The notes beneath the pieces were generated by a model. The model ran no database searches. It saw nothing but the letters and a program-made list of their open reading frames with translations, and was not told the DNA's origin. A stretch of DNA of 64,000 nt, taken from positions 3,570 through 67,569 of IMG/VR virus record IMGVR_UViG_3300006037_000008, one strand, 5' to 3'. The DNA is from a virus. Both the position numbers and the translations under genes were made by a program. Positions 38,352-47,890 of the stretch are shown piece by piece (position 1 is the stretch's first letter; every line of letters starts with the position of its first letter).

Positions 38352-40133
38352 TCAAAGTTGAATGACGTGATCAACGTCATCTAGGGTTTTGTGACTGATG
38401 ATGATCAACTGTTTAACAGTCTTTTTCAACATCAATCGGAGTGCCTGAAGGGTTAAGCTGCTACGATTTTCGGTCATAGAAGCATCAACTTCATCAGCAA
38501 TGAACACAGGGAAAACCCCTGTAGTCAGAATCTGTGCAAGGCTTAATCTTAACGCAAGGTGGGCTATAGATTTACCTGAACCTGACAGAGCGTCAACAGA
38601 AGTGCCACCTACCAGTATATCCATTTCATCTGTCAGCTCCAGCTCTGTGTGAGTTCCATCAGACATCAGGCTTAGCAAAGAGCTGGCCACCTGATTTACA
38701 TTAGGCAGCAGTTCAGATTTAATCTTGGCCATCAGTTCAGTCAACACTAAAACCTCCAGCTTTAGTTCCTCGGCCTCAGTCTCTAACTCCCGGTGGCGTG
38801 CCGTCCATCCTTCTAAGGAACTCTGAGACTTCTCGAAGGCCACCCACTGGTGCTTCAGATCAATCTGGTGCTGGTACTGACTGGTCAAACTATTTTGCTC
38901 AGCCATCAATTTAGCAATAGTCTCCTCAGTCTCCTTCGAGTCGTAATTCAATTCAGCCAATTCTGTAGCCAGCCTTTCCCTCGCTTCCACCGATTGAGCG
39001 TGGGCGCTATGGGAAGCGATGGCCTCAACCTGCTCCCCAATCTGTTCCGAAGTGAATGGTTTCCCACAGTTTTTTATCAATTCTGATAGAGCCTCCCGAT
39101 TTTTCACCAGTTCCAAATAGCTCTGGTTCTGCTGCTTCCATTGTTGGATTGAGAGGCTGGGTTGCGCAACAACTGCATCACCCAGTTGGCTCTTCAACTC
39201 CTTCAGCTTAACACCTCCCAGCGCAGTGAAGTGGCCACACGATTCGCAGCTGTGGCCACCCATCGCTTCCAGCTCTCTCTTCTGCTTCTGCATGGTGTAG
39301 TCGTGCCAGTCCTGCTCAAGCTGCCCCAGAGTGATTGTAGGTGGTTGGGCGTGGGGGTTCTTGATCTGGGCGGCCAGCCTACTTACATTGGCTCGGTGGT
39401 ATTCAGCCTCTCTCGGATCGAAGTCAAAGGGCAGAGGTTTGGCTGCAATGATTCGACAATTGGCCAATTTCTGCGACAACCGTAAGTATTGATCTCGGTT
39501 ACCTTGCAGCTCAATCAGCGCCCGATTACGTCCCTGCATCACTGAGCTGTAACTCTCGATCAACTGCTGATCGACCGACTTATCAGGCTCGAAAACCTTG
39601 GCGGGTCTCACGCTCTCTAAGCTGCGTAGGCTGCCAGAGAGGGTAGTAAGCTGAGCTTTATGCTGCTTGATCACCGTCTCAATGCCACTCAAGCCAACCA
39701 CATTGTCGATGATCCTGCGGCGGTCTGCGGGTGTTAGACTAGACATCCGAGTAACATCAAACTGCTTACACAGGTTGGCCACATTAAAGACCTGCTGGTT
39801 AAAACCGAACAGTCGGTTGATAGTCTCGGTGACTGGTTTGTTGCCTGACGCGATGATAGAACCATTGGTTTGAAGTTCGGCAAGGCTCAGCGTCCGATAC
39901 AGAGTGTATTCCTGCCCAGCCACCTGAAAATAAAGTGAAACTGAGGTGGCTTTGCTATAGGTGTTGGCAGGCAGACGTAAGGCACTGCTACCAAATAGGG
40001 CAAAGCCAATTGCCTCTATCAGTAGTGATTTACCCGCCTCATTTTCACCGCAGATGTGATTCACACCCTCAGTAAATTCAACATGAACCTCTTTGTGTTT
40101 AACAAAGTGCTTGAGGTAGAGACTGTTAATCAT
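38352..40133 (-). CDS. SbcC/Rad50-like ATPase (recombination nuclease subunit)
   Basis: Walker A GENEAGKS, coiled coil with CESC hook, LSGSG signature, Walker B FIADEVD. Confidence 0.9.
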   Translation of the reverse strand: MINSLYLKHFVKHKEVHVEFTEGVNHICGENEAGKSLLIEAIGFALFGSSALRLPANTYSKATSVSLYFQVAGQEYTLYRTLSLAELQTNGSIIASGNKPVTETINRLFGFNQQVFNVANLCKQFDVTRMSSLTPADRRRIIDNVVGLSGIETVIKQHKAQLTTLSGSLRSLESVRPAKVFEPDKSVDQQLIESYSSVMQGRNRALIELQGNRDQYLRLSQKLANCRIIAAKPLPFDFDPREAEYHRANVSRLAAQIKNPHAQPPTITLGQLEQDWHDYTMQKQKRELEAMGGHSCESCGHFTALGGVKLKELKSQLGDAVVAQPSLSIQQWKQQNQSYLELVKNREALSELIKNCGKPFTSEQIGEQVEAIASHSAHAQSVEARERLATELAELNYDSKETEETIAKLMAEQNSLTSQYQHQIDLKHQWVAFEKSQSSLEGWTARHRELETEAEELKLEVLVLTELMAKIKSELLPNVNQVASSLLSLMSDGTHTELELTDEMDILVGGTSVDALSGSGKSIAHLALRLSLAQILTTGVFPVFIADEVDASMTENRSSLTLQALRLMLKKTVKQLIIISHKTLDDVDHVIQL

Positions 40134-41064
40134 TGTTTGCTTCCTCAATCATATCTTGCAAGGCCACGATTCGATGTTCAGGCAGGCCACGCGCCAACCC
40201 AATCTCACGCAAAAGAGAATTGGTAGAATAATTGGCCACCTCAAGCACCAAATCTTGTGCCTCAATTGTCTGTGGTTTCTTCAGTTGCAGCGCCAGACAT
40301 TTGAAGTCCTCTAGGCCAGACAGGTCTTCACCCAACACCCGAACAAAATGTTCCGAGTATTTTTCTGGGTCTTCCAGTAACTGCTGCTTGGTCAGGGTGA
40401 TAAACAGTTGCTGCTCAGGATCTTCGGCGTGCGTGTAGGGTAGCAGGGAGCCTGTGCCAATGTATTCCAGAGATCCGTACCAACCTTGGTACGGTTTGTG
40501 CTCATGGCCATTGATCACCCGCTTCACCCCCCGTGCTTCCAATTCGGTGAAGGGGATTACATTCTGACTGCCCGAACCATAATCTAGTCGGTCAAGATGG
40601 GTCACAATCACCTCTGGCCGCAGCCCCTCCAGTTGCTCCAGCAGCGTTTTCTTAAAGCTCCAGCCACACAGCGCAAGCTTACCATCGTAGAACAACATCG
40701 GCTCTTCACGCACGCAGCGGGAGGCAATAGGGGTGTGTTGCAGAAGGTCAAACGAAGACTTGTCCAGATCGCTCTTGGACTCATCGTGATTACCACGCAA
40801 GACCCAAGTGTTGGGAGAATCCAACAGCTCAATCATCTGCATGATGACCCACTCTGGGACATGCGGTTTGTCAAACAAGTCACCCACCACACAGCGGTAT
40901 TTGGCTGGAACCTGCATCAACTCCTTGAATTTTTCAAACTGCTTGATGGCCAGAGCCTTCTGGGTTTGAGGTGATACCTGAGAAAACTGACGACCCATAT
41001 GAGGGTCGCCGATAAACTGCCAGTCATCACCGAATAGCTTAATCTTCGGGTTGCGCTCGAACAT
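40126..41064 (-). CDS. SbcD/Mre11-like metallophosphoesterase nuclease
   Basis: GDPH, GDLFD, GNHD, GHEH, Y.GTGS. Confidence 0.9.
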   Translation of the reverse strand: MFERNPKIKLFGDDWQFIGDPHMGRQFSQVSPQTQKALAIKQFEKFKELMQVPAKYRCVVGDLFDKPHVPEWVIMQMIELLDSPNTWVLRGNHDESKSDLDKSSFDLLQHTPIASRCVREEPMLFYDGKLALCGWSFKKTLLEQLEGLRPEVIVTHLDRLDYGSGSQNVIPFTELEARGVKRVINGHEHKPYQGWYGSLEYIGTGSLLPYTHAEDPEQQLFITLTKQQLLEDPEKYSEHFVRVLGEDLSGLEDFKCLALQLKKPQTIEAQDLVLEVANYSTNSLLREIGLARGLPEHRIVALQDMIEEANND

Positions 41065-41620
41065 AATTTTGCACCGTGAATAACCAGTCTAATTGCCATT
41101 GGCAGTCTGCCAATGAACTGTGAGCGTCGGTACGTTCAGGCTTTAACTTTTCGTAAAGGTCACGATCAAAGTTTAAAAGTCCAGCACAGTAGCTCCACAT
41201 ATCTAGCGTAATATAGTACGGAAAGGGACAATAAACCCCGACATCTTTGTACAGACCTTGTAAGAACATAAAATCGAAATGCAGAGGTTTAGACCAGAAT
41301 ACTGCCTTACCAAAAGGATCGCGGTGTTTTAGGACGTAATCGTTCAGTTCCTGCAAAGCTTTTAGATTATCGAATGCTGGGTCCAGAAAGTTCTTGAAGA
41401 CTGACTGCTTAATCTCTTTTGGTTGCCCTGACCACCAACCGATTGTTTGAGGGTCTGCCACCCTATTAGCTTGGTTGCGACCCATGTTTACGGTTAAGCC
41501 TACATCTCTCTCCTGAGTGATCGGGTCAAAGGCAACGATTGAAATTTCTACCACATGATTAAGGTCTGGTCGAGTTCCTGTAGTCTCAAGATCGACCATG
41601 AAAGAGTTTAAGCAGCGCAT
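41039..41620 (-). CDS. DEDDh 3'-5' exonuclease
   Basis: MVDLETTG, FDFMFL, AHSSLADC. Confidence 0.85.
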   Translation of the reverse strand: MRCLNSFMVDLETTGTRPDLNHVVEISIVAFDPITQERDVGLTVNMGRNQANRVADPQTIGWWSGQPKEIKQSVFKNFLDPAFDNLKALQELNDYVLKHRDPFGKAVFWSKPLHFDFMFLQGLYKDVGVYCPFPYYITLDMWSYCAGLLNFDRDLYEKLKPERTDAHSSLADCQWQLDWLFTVQNYVRAQPED

Positions 41621-42050
41621 CGGCGGTTCCTAAAGAAAAAGAGTAAGGTTTCAATTCTGCTTCAGACAGGGACTTTTTACCCTTGTCTTTAGCTTCGAGT
41701 AATACTGAAGAGTCTACCATAAATATCTGGTTGCTTTGAATGTGCTGGAAGATAATTACATAGGGACTGCGATTCCTTTTAGCTTTCAACATCCCATTCC
41801 ACTGACCTTTTCTAATCCGACTGAAACCTAAAGTAGGCTTGGTGGTTGCATTGGTCTCTTTACACTCAACATATATTGTTAATTGGTGAAGGACAACCAA
41901 GAAGTCGCAAGGGCGAACTTCCTCATATTCTCCCGTGTCGCTTTTATCTCTGAGTCGAATAATGTCCGCACCATAAGCTGAGCCATGTTTGGTGAAATAG
42001 AGCATCGAATCCTTCTCTGTTTTCTTCCCTGTACAACGAATAGCAGCCAT
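41586..42050 (-). CDS. RecU-like Holliday junction resolvase
   Basis: PCDF..YVECKET PD-(D/E)xK motif. Confidence 0.7.
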   Translation of the reverse strand: MAAIRCTGKKTEKDSMLYFTKHGSAYGADIIRLRDKSDTGEYEEVRPCDFLVVLHQLTIYVECKETNATTKPTLGFSRIRKGQWNGMLKAKRNRSPYVIIFQHIQSNQIFMVDSSVLLEAKDKGKKSLSEAELKPYSFSLGTADALLKLFHGRS

Positions 42051-42063
42051 AAAAACTCCAGAT

Positions 42064-42093
42064 AAAAATAAACCCGCACTTGGCGGGTTTATT
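42064..42093 (-). terminator. intrinsic terminator
   Basis: AATAAACCCGC-acttg-GCGGGTTTATT. Confidence 0.75.
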
Positions 42094-42109
42094 CTAGCAC
42101 GGCAGAGGT

Positions 42110-42451
42110 TTATGCTGCTTCGACTTCTTGCTGAACAACTGGCCGACCAAGAATATAGGTACTCTTGGTACCAGCCACCTTGGTGACTTTGCCTTGTTCA
42201 ACCAGCGAGCGTAAAGCAGTGGCTGCACTGGTACGCTTGATAGTTAAACCCAGAACTGCATGTGCCAGAATGATTGCCTCATCAATGGTAAATTGTGGCG
42301 GTACTGCTGGACCCGCTTCTTCAAACGCCTCAGTCAGCATACCAAACAGTTGACCTGCAATCGTGGTGTCTGGACGCTCTGAACTCAGATTGAGTTTCAC
42401 TTCGTCAGGCAAAGTGGAGGTGTCGATGTCAAGATGGTCAAGAATGCTCAT
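42110..42451 (-). CDS. small winged-helix-like DNA-binding protein
   Basis: KRTSAATALRSLVEQGKV..Y; has its own promoter, a GAGG RBS and a terminator. Confidence 0.6.
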   Translation of the reverse strand: MSILDHLDIDTSTLPDEVKLNLSSERPDTTIAGQLFGMLTEAFEEAGPAVPPQFTIDEAIILAHAVLGLTIKRTSAATALRSLVEQGKVTKVAGTKSTYILGRPVVQQEVEAA

Positions 42452-42496
42452 GGTATTTCCTCAGTAAACAGGTGATGGAACTTTAATGGAGGGGGC

Positions 42497-42525
42497 ATAC
42501 TAGCCTAAGTTACTAGGTTCTGCAA
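42497..42525 (-). promoter_or_regulatory. sigma70-like promoter
   Basis: TTGCAG-17 nt-TAGTAT. Confidence 0.5.
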
Positions 42526-42526
42526 G

Positions 42527-42739
42527 CTAAAACAGACCCCTAGCCTTCTGTCGAATCAGCTTCTCATGGTCTTCGGCGCACTCCTTGCAACAATAGAGAG
42601 CACCTTTCGCTGCCTCCTCACCACACCAATGACAGTAACCAGTTGTGTTGCGGCTAGGCACGCCCAAAATCTTGCTCAAAGATTCTTGCAAAGCAATATC
42701 CAGCGCTTGCTGGTCAATTTCTTCATCACGTTCCGACAT
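42527..42739 (-). CDS. small zinc-finger protein (DksA/TraR-like arrangement)
   Basis: DEEID..A helix followed by CHWC..YCCKEC. Confidence 0.65.
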   Translation of the reverse strand: MSERDEEIDQQALDIALQESLSKILGVPSRNTTGYCHWCGEEAAKGALYCCKECAEDHEKLIRQKARGLF

Positions 42740-42876
42740 ATAAAACCTTTCAGATTCAACCCAAAAAAGAACCATTGCGATATTCTGCAATGGCTTAGGA
42801 AAAGTATCCAGACCGAGAGTTTACACGCAAAGAACCCACACTTGCAAGCAGGGGTGCGGGTCATATTCCGAGTATT

Positions 42877-45423
42877 CTACCCTCGGCTACTCAGGTAGTC
42901 AATGATCAACTGGCGTTCCTCCTGAGTAGCTGCCTTGCCCTTGCGAGACTTATCCAAGAACGGTAATTCAGGCATCTCCATCAACTCAATCTGGCCAAAC
43001 TTCGCCTTAACCGGATGGTAAGGTTGGAAGGTGTAGCCAATGGCGATTGAAGAATCCAGTTTTAGATTGTTGACCACCCCGCGACCATCAATCATCTCCT
43101 CATAGAGCAAGTCCATCACGGCCAGACAATCTCGCTTATGCACGGAGAATAAAACTTCATCGTGGATCAAACATAGAAAACGAGCCTCATAGTTGGTCTT
43201 GCTCAGTCTATTCACCATAGAGATGATCGCACGCTTAGCCAGTGTTGCACACGAGCCTTGAATCATGGCATTCACCCCCTGATTACCTGCCCTTTGCTGG
43301 ATCTTGCGGATGGCCAAGCGTCCGTAGTTAGTCGCTGCATCTGAACCGAGAGAATCAAAAATGTCTCGCATCATATCAGCCCAGCGGTCTGTGGCTTCAA
43401 TCCGAACCCGCCGATGACGATCCGGTAATTCAACGTAGCCTTGCTGTGCCAGTGTTTGAATTGTGCCTACCCGCCACTGCTCACCAACATAGAAGCGCGA
43501 GATGTAGCCATCCACCGCCCTCTTGGTACGCTCCATATCCCAGCCCATGTTCTTGGCTGTTGTGCCGAGCCAGCCAGAATACCAGTAACCGAAGTTTGAA
43601 CCCTTGCCCACATTCTTGCGCAGCTCCTTGGCATCGGGGTGCTTATGAAATTCCTCCAGATACATATCCATACAACCTGCTGCAGCTGCGCTGTGCAAAT
43701 CTTCATGTGGCAATTGCCCATAGGCTTTGGCGAACTCCGGATCACCCGAAAACTCACCAATCAATACGAGTTCTACAGCCGACCAGTCTAGGCTCAGGAG
43801 TAGGTGGTCAGGATTGTCGGCCTGATAGTAACTGCGAACATAGGCGGTTTCACTATACTTCGCCACCTGCTGAGGTGAGGGATTTTGCCCTGCAGTTCTT
43901 CGTGTGGCCAGAAGTGAAGTCAAGACAGGATACATTCGGACTGTCTCAGGATCGGACAGGAGGATGTAGGGTGTGACGTAGAGCTTCATGGCCTGTTCGA
44001 TGACTCCCAATCGCTTGTAGAGTGCCAAGATTGGATGGTCTCCCATCTCGTCCCGTGCTTCCGCATCCGATTGAACCTTACCCCGCTCAACCTTGATGGG
44101 CAGACCAAACACAACATGCAACACATAACGCATGGCCATGTAATGGTTGAGGGAGAGTTGAGCTGGAGTTTTTGATCCACTCCCCTTCTCATCTTCCCAC
44201 CAGGCGTTGCCAGTGGCACAACGTACTTGGGTACATAGTTCCAGCTCAGATACGTTGTCAGGCTGTGCCAACCAATTGGTGAGTAGCTGATGATATTTGG
44301 AATGTGCAGCCAGCTTGTACCAAGAATCATACCTAGCCAGCTGGGTGTTGAACGGGGGCAGTTCAGAGACGGCAGGTCTGAGCAGCTCCTTAAACTTCAC
44401 CAGAAGCTCAGCCACCTCGGTGCGATTGATGCCTCGGCGTTCATAGATCGCGGGTAAATTTACACTCATTCCCTCCTGCCACAGCTTCCCGAAAATGTGA
44501 CACATCGGGTTTTCCTGCTCCAAATAAGTCTGGATGACAGGTCGATTACGGCCAGCCACCCAGTTAATTGTCTGCATAAACAACTGATAGCACCAGTAAG
44601 CATCCTCGCAACCGTAAGATAGGACTTCCTGCCCCGTCAGGGCTGCCATGTGTGGTTTGTTCCCCAACGTCTTATCGAAATCATCCATCTGGTGATTGAA
44701 CCAAGATTTGATGGCCTTCTTCAGACCATAGCCATAGCTGATCGACTTGATGATCCCGTTGTAAGACCATGCTGAGTCTGAGGTCTTGCCAATAAACTTG
44801 TTGAGGACTGTATACTGCTTGGGTGTGAGATCGCTTGCATTCACCGCCTCGTGAAAATACTGGTTGATCTCAGGCATTAAGGTTCGCAGACCTTGATAGA
44901 GGGCAGGTCTCAACTTCTCAATAGGGAACTCATCAGGCCCATAAGCACTAACTAACAACTGCATGGAACACAGGTAGTTTGTGATGTCGTAGTTGAGCGT
45001 GGCCAGATGTGCAGCGATCTCATAGGCTGCATTGTGAATAATCAGCTTCTGCTTGTTCTGCTTGGTTAGTTCCAGTAGTTCAATCAAAAGACTATGGTCT
45101 AATCGGTTCTCTACATCAGCATGAAAGAAGTTGAGATAGTAAACTCGATAAGGATCTACCCTGCCGAAGTAGAAGGATGCACCTGTGATTACGCTTCGGC
45201 GATGATCAAAGATCAGCTTCTTGCCTTTCTTGAAACCTTCCGAATCTATATTCATCAGCTTGACAAGACCCGCGTGCGGTTCCTGATAACTCTCGATGTC
45301 AAAACCAATATAGCCTTGTGCGTCTTTGCAGCAGCCGATCAGATGATCACGATATTGATCAATGTTTGTTAAATCAACCAGTATTTTTTGTACTTGGTCG
45401 ATGGGTGGGGAGGCTATAAACAT
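42877..45423 (-). CDS. polA: DNA polymerase, family A, with 3'-5' exonuclease
   Basis: GFDIE, HNAAYE, Y.CED; motif A LDWSAVEL, motif B R..GK.SNFG..Y, IQGS, motif C IHDE. Confidence 0.92.
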   Translation of the reverse strand: MFIASPPIDQVQKILVDLTNIDQYRDHLIGCCKDAQGYIGFDIESYQEPHAGLVKLMNIDSEGFKKGKKLIFDHRRSVITGASFYFGRVDPYRVYYLNFFHADVENRLDHSLLIELLELTKQNKQKLIIHNAAYEIAAHLATLNYDITNYLCSMQLLVSAYGPDEFPIEKLRPALYQGLRTLMPEINQYFHEAVNASDLTPKQYTVLNKFIGKTSDSAWSYNGIIKSISYGYGLKKAIKSWFNHQMDDFDKTLGNKPHMAALTGQEVLSYGCEDAYWCYQLFMQTINWVAGRNRPVIQTYLEQENPMCHIFGKLWQEGMSVNLPAIYERRGINRTEVAELLVKFKELLRPAVSELPPFNTQLARYDSWYKLAAHSKYHQLLTNWLAQPDNVSELELCTQVRCATGNAWWEDEKGSGSKTPAQLSLNHYMAMRYVLHVVFGLPIKVERGKVQSDAEARDEMGDHPILALYKRLGVIEQAMKLYVTPYILLSDPETVRMYPVLTSLLATRRTAGQNPSPQQVAKYSETAYVRSYYQADNPDHLLLSLDWSAVELVLIGEFSGDPEFAKAYGQLPHEDLHSAAAAGCMDMYLEEFHKHPDAKELRKNVGKGSNFGYWYSGWLGTTAKNMGWDMERTKRAVDGYISRFYVGEQWRVGTIQTLAQQGYVELPDRHRRVRIEATDRWADMMRDIFDSLGSDAATNYGRLAIRKIQQRAGNQGVNAMIQGSCATLAKRAIISMVNRLSKTNYEARFLCLIHDEVLFSVHKRDCLAVMDLLYEEMIDGRGVVNNLKLDSSIAIGYTFQPYHPVKAKFGQIELMEMPELPFLDKSRKGKAATQEERQLIIDYLSSRG

Positions 45424-45440
45424 TTCTCGCTCCTAAAGCA

Positions 45441-45460
45441 AAGACCCCGTAAGGGGTCTT
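45441..45460 (-). terminator. intergenic hairpin / terminator
   Basis: AAGACCCC-gtaa-GGGGTCTT. Confidence 0.65.
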
Positions 45461-45476
45461 CTATATTTCGGCCTAA

Positions 45477-45824
45477 CTAGGTACTAAGCTTGGCCAGTTT
45501 ATGGAACAACTCAAACATCTCTGCCTGATCCGCCCCTTTAGTTTCTGTATATGGGTGAAGGGTCACCCCACCAATGGTCCAGTATTTACCAAACGTGCTG
45601 TAACGAGCACGCGGATATTTCTTGGCCACTCGTTTGCGGTTAATCAGAAGGGCTAGGTCTTGCAGAACCTTTTGACCATCCTGATTGAAGGCGTAGAGAA
45701 TCTTCACACCCCCATCAATCAAGACCGACATAGCCTCTGAGTTCTCTACGGTGGCTTGTGGTTCTTCAACAGGCTCGATGATCTTGGTGATCTCAGGAGT
45801 GTTAGACTTTAGATCCGCTGACAT
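45477..45824 (-). CDS. hypothetical protein
   Basis: About 115-aa ORF packed within the operon. Confidence 0.6.
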   Translation of the reverse strand: MSADLKSNTPEITKIIEPVEEPQATVENSEAMSVLIDGGVKILYAFNQDGQKVLQDLALLINRKRVAKKYPRARYSTFGKYWTIGGVTLHPYTETKGADQAEMFELFHKLAKLST

Positions 45825-46539
45825 AGTATCTCTCAATCAATTTGGGAAGTGTCTCATCATACCGAAAATCCACCAGTTTGTATGCGGTCTTTACGTTCTC
45901 CCACTCAGACTGCAACAAACGAGAATACTTGCAATCTGTCAGCTCGGGATAGTCAAAACCTTTCTGCAGGGCTTCAGACAGCAAATGCTTGTGGTCCTCT
46001 GTTAAGGCGTTCCAACTGGTCTTACCGAACCCTTTGCACCCCTTGATATTATCCGAGGTATCACCCACCAAACTTTTGTATAGGTGAATATCAGTGGCCG
46101 AGACTTCAGACAAACTTTTTATCCAAGGGGTTCTGACACGGGCGCTCAAATTTAGAGTCTTCAAATCTGCGTCGGTCGTGTAGAGGATAATATCTCGGGT
46201 GGGGTTTGCCAGTCTTAATTTCTTGGCCAGATATGCGATCACGTCATCTGCCTCCCACTGAGGGATTTCAATACGCGGCAAAGTCTGGTTGGCCTTGTAG
46301 TCGTTCATCAAGTCAAACACTGCAGAATCGAAGGGCTTTCTTGATCTGTTAGCCTTGTATTCTGGGTAGATGTCGCGTCGATAGCTGCGTGAATCAAAAC
46401 CATCCCAGAACCAAAGGGTGCTGCCTTCGCTCTCCAAATCCTGCAAAGATTGCATGAAGGACTCGTAGCTGGGGTTGAGACTGTAGAGACGCATGAACAC
46501 GTTATTGCCATCCATTAGGATGATTGGATTGCTACTCAT
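45802..46539 (-). CDS. 5'-3' exonuclease / flap endonuclease (PolI N-terminal-like)
   Basis: LMDGNN, YPEYKANR, EADDVI, DADL, LVGDTSDNIKG. Confidence 0.92.
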   Translation of the reverse strand: MSSNPIILMDGNNVFMRLYSLNPSYESFMQSLQDLESEGSTLWFWDGFDSRSYRRDIYPEYKANRSRKPFDSAVFDLMNDYKANQTLPRIEIPQWEADDVIAYLAKKLRLANPTRDIILYTTDADLKTLNLSARVRTPWIKSLSEVSATDIHLYKSLVGDTSDNIKGCKGFGKTSWNALTEDHKHLLSEALQKGFDYPELTDCKYSRLLQSEWENVKTAYKLVDFRYDETLPKLIERYYVSGSKV

Positions 46540-46554
46540 AAAAAATCTCCATAG

Positions 46555-46580
46555 AAAAAACGACCCTTTCGGGTCGTTTT
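46555..46580 (-). terminator. intrinsic terminator
   Basis: AAAAAACGACCC-tttc-GGGTCGTTTT. Confidence 0.8.
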
Positions 46581-46590
46581 AAATTTTAGC

Positions 46591-47304
46591 TTAAACCTCT
46601 AAGCTGCCGTCATCCAATCCAATCAAGCGTAGAGTGGGCATGGCATACTTGACGTTGTTGTTGCCGGTGGCCTCACGACCACTCAACTCAACGAGTACGT
46701 CTTCGCCTGCCCAACCTTTTGCGTTGATCTCACGCATCACTGTGTTGATTGGCTTGCTGGTCATCAGTGTACCTGAATAGCCAACAATAGTACCTTCTTC
46801 AAGTTTAGCACCTTTGATGCCATTGGCCTTGACCACCTCACCACGAATGCTCACACCAGCAAAAGGTCGGTTTTTCGGAAACTGTGCGGCACGCATCTGC
46901 ACATAATCGAACCAAGGACGGCCGTTGTAGGCAGGATCGCTGCACTCGCCAACAGTTGTGCCACGGTCGAATGATTTTGCGTAGATTTGTTGGCTGCCGC
47001 CGTCCGAATTGTTCAGACCGTGGAAAGGTCGGAAACTACCACCCTGCGCTAAATCGGCCAGTTTAACTCGCAGAATTACATCAGTGAAGTTGTCTTCTTT
47101 GATAGCCACACCCATTTTTGTGATTTTCAGGAAGGAGCTAACTTCGCCTGCTGTCTCATTGAGATAGTCATCAATCGAGTATTGCTGCGCTGGGCTTGCC
47201 ACGGAGAGGGCAGTTTGCGCTGGGGTTGACACAACCGATTGTGGAACTGGTTGTGCTGCAGCTGCTTGGCTGATGATGTCGTCTAAGTTCATGTCGTTGC
47301 TCAT
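46591..47304 (-). CDS. putative ssDNA-binding protein
   Basis: About 237 aa with its own promoter and terminator, next to the exonuclease and polymerase, acidic tail; function inferred from context. Confidence 0.5.
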   Translation of the reverse strand: MSNDMNLDDIISQAAAAQPVPQSVVSTPAQTALSVASPAQQYSIDDYLNETAGEVSSFLKITKMGVAIKEDNFTDVILRVKLADLAQGGSFRPFHGLNNSDGGSQQIYAKSFDRGTTVGECSDPAYNGRPWFDYVQMRAAQFPKNRPFAGVSIRGEVVKANGIKGAKLEEGTIVGYSGTLMTSKPINTVMREINAKGWAGEDVLVELSGREATGNNNVKYAMPTLRLIGLDDGSLEV

Positions 47305-47384
47305 GGTATTACTCTCGCTATTGCTATTACAGAAAAGAAAGTTCAGGGAAAGTCCCGTGTTGCCCAGATCGTCTGGGTGAAGCA

Positions 47385-47449
47385 ATTATGGCTAAGGCCA
47401 AATCATTGTGCAATCTCCTTTTGTATTCCGTTTGTAAATTGGCTATACT
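47385..47449. promoter_or_regulatory. back-to-back sigma70 promoters
   Basis: Minus: TTGCAC-17 nt-CATAAT (47413-47385). Plus: TTGTAT-17 nt-TATACT (47421-47449). Confidence 0.65.
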
Positions 47450-47455
47450 TAGTTC

Positions 47456-47531
47456 ATACCCTAATAGCGGCCTAGTTCAGCTTCCCACTCTCAGCTAGTA
47501 ACGAAGGTCCGAACGAAAGCTGCTTTTAGGG
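47456..47531 (+). ncRNA. putative structured small RNA of unknown family
   Basis: Starts just after the plus promoter; 13-bp closing stem and 6-bp inner stem, each with a G-U pair that works only on the plus strand. Confidence 0.45.
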
Positions 47532-47564
47532 AGCCTCACATAAAAACACTGTGCTTAGTTACCA

Positions 47565-47630
47565 TCAGTCTATCTCATCATCCGCGTTACAGTCGTCTTG
47601 GTCGAGATTGAATTCAAGATAGGCGTTCAT
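47565..47630 (-). CDS. 21-aa acidic micro-ORF
   Basis: ATGA overlap with the upstream gene; MNAYLEFNLDQDDCNADDEID. Confidence 0.35.
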   Translation of the reverse strand: MNAYLEFNLDQDDCNADDEID

Positions 47631-47890
47631 AGATCACCCCGCGCCTTTGCGATTGCCTCCCGAACCGCTTTACCTGCATACCCAAGCAAGTGTGGCTCTG
47701 CGCTTTCCAAAGCTACCAACAACTCCGCGTTCTTTTGCTTGAGCGCGTCGATTTCTGCCTGTGCTTCGACCAGTTCACCACGCATATCAACAATCTCTTG
47801 ATATGTGCTATCAAGTAATTCCTGCGCATCCTGAATGTCTTGGTCGGTCAAATGATCTTCGAGCTTTTGGCTCAGTTCGTTTAAGTTCAT
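47627..47890 (-). CDS. hypothetical coiled-coil phage protein
   Basis: GAGG RBS; ELLVALE..AIAKARG motif common in phage proteins. Confidence 0.65.
   Translation of the reverse strand: MNLNELSQKLEDHLTDQDIQDAQELLDSTYQEIVDMRGELVEAQAEIDALKQKNAELLVALESAEPHLLGYAGKAVREAIAKARGDL

Noticed and set aside
43446-43976. Long antisense ORFs inside major genes (also 21033-21683)
   Set aside because: Shadow frames of well-supported genes, with no motifs or RBS
36242-45423. Modified-base system (Z-DNA or deazaguanine)
   Set aside because: No PurZ, DpdA, FolE/QueC/QueD, glycosyltransferase or methyltransferase is recognisable
47503-47523. Resemblance of AGGTCCGAACGAAAGCTGC to the SRP 4.5S RNA domain IV
   Set aside because: The stem closing the GNRA loop and the flanking helix cannot form, so the match is probably chance
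47456-47600. Hammerhead, twister or pistol ribozyme, or tRNA
   Set aside because: The conserved catalytic cores and a cloverleaf were not found on either strand
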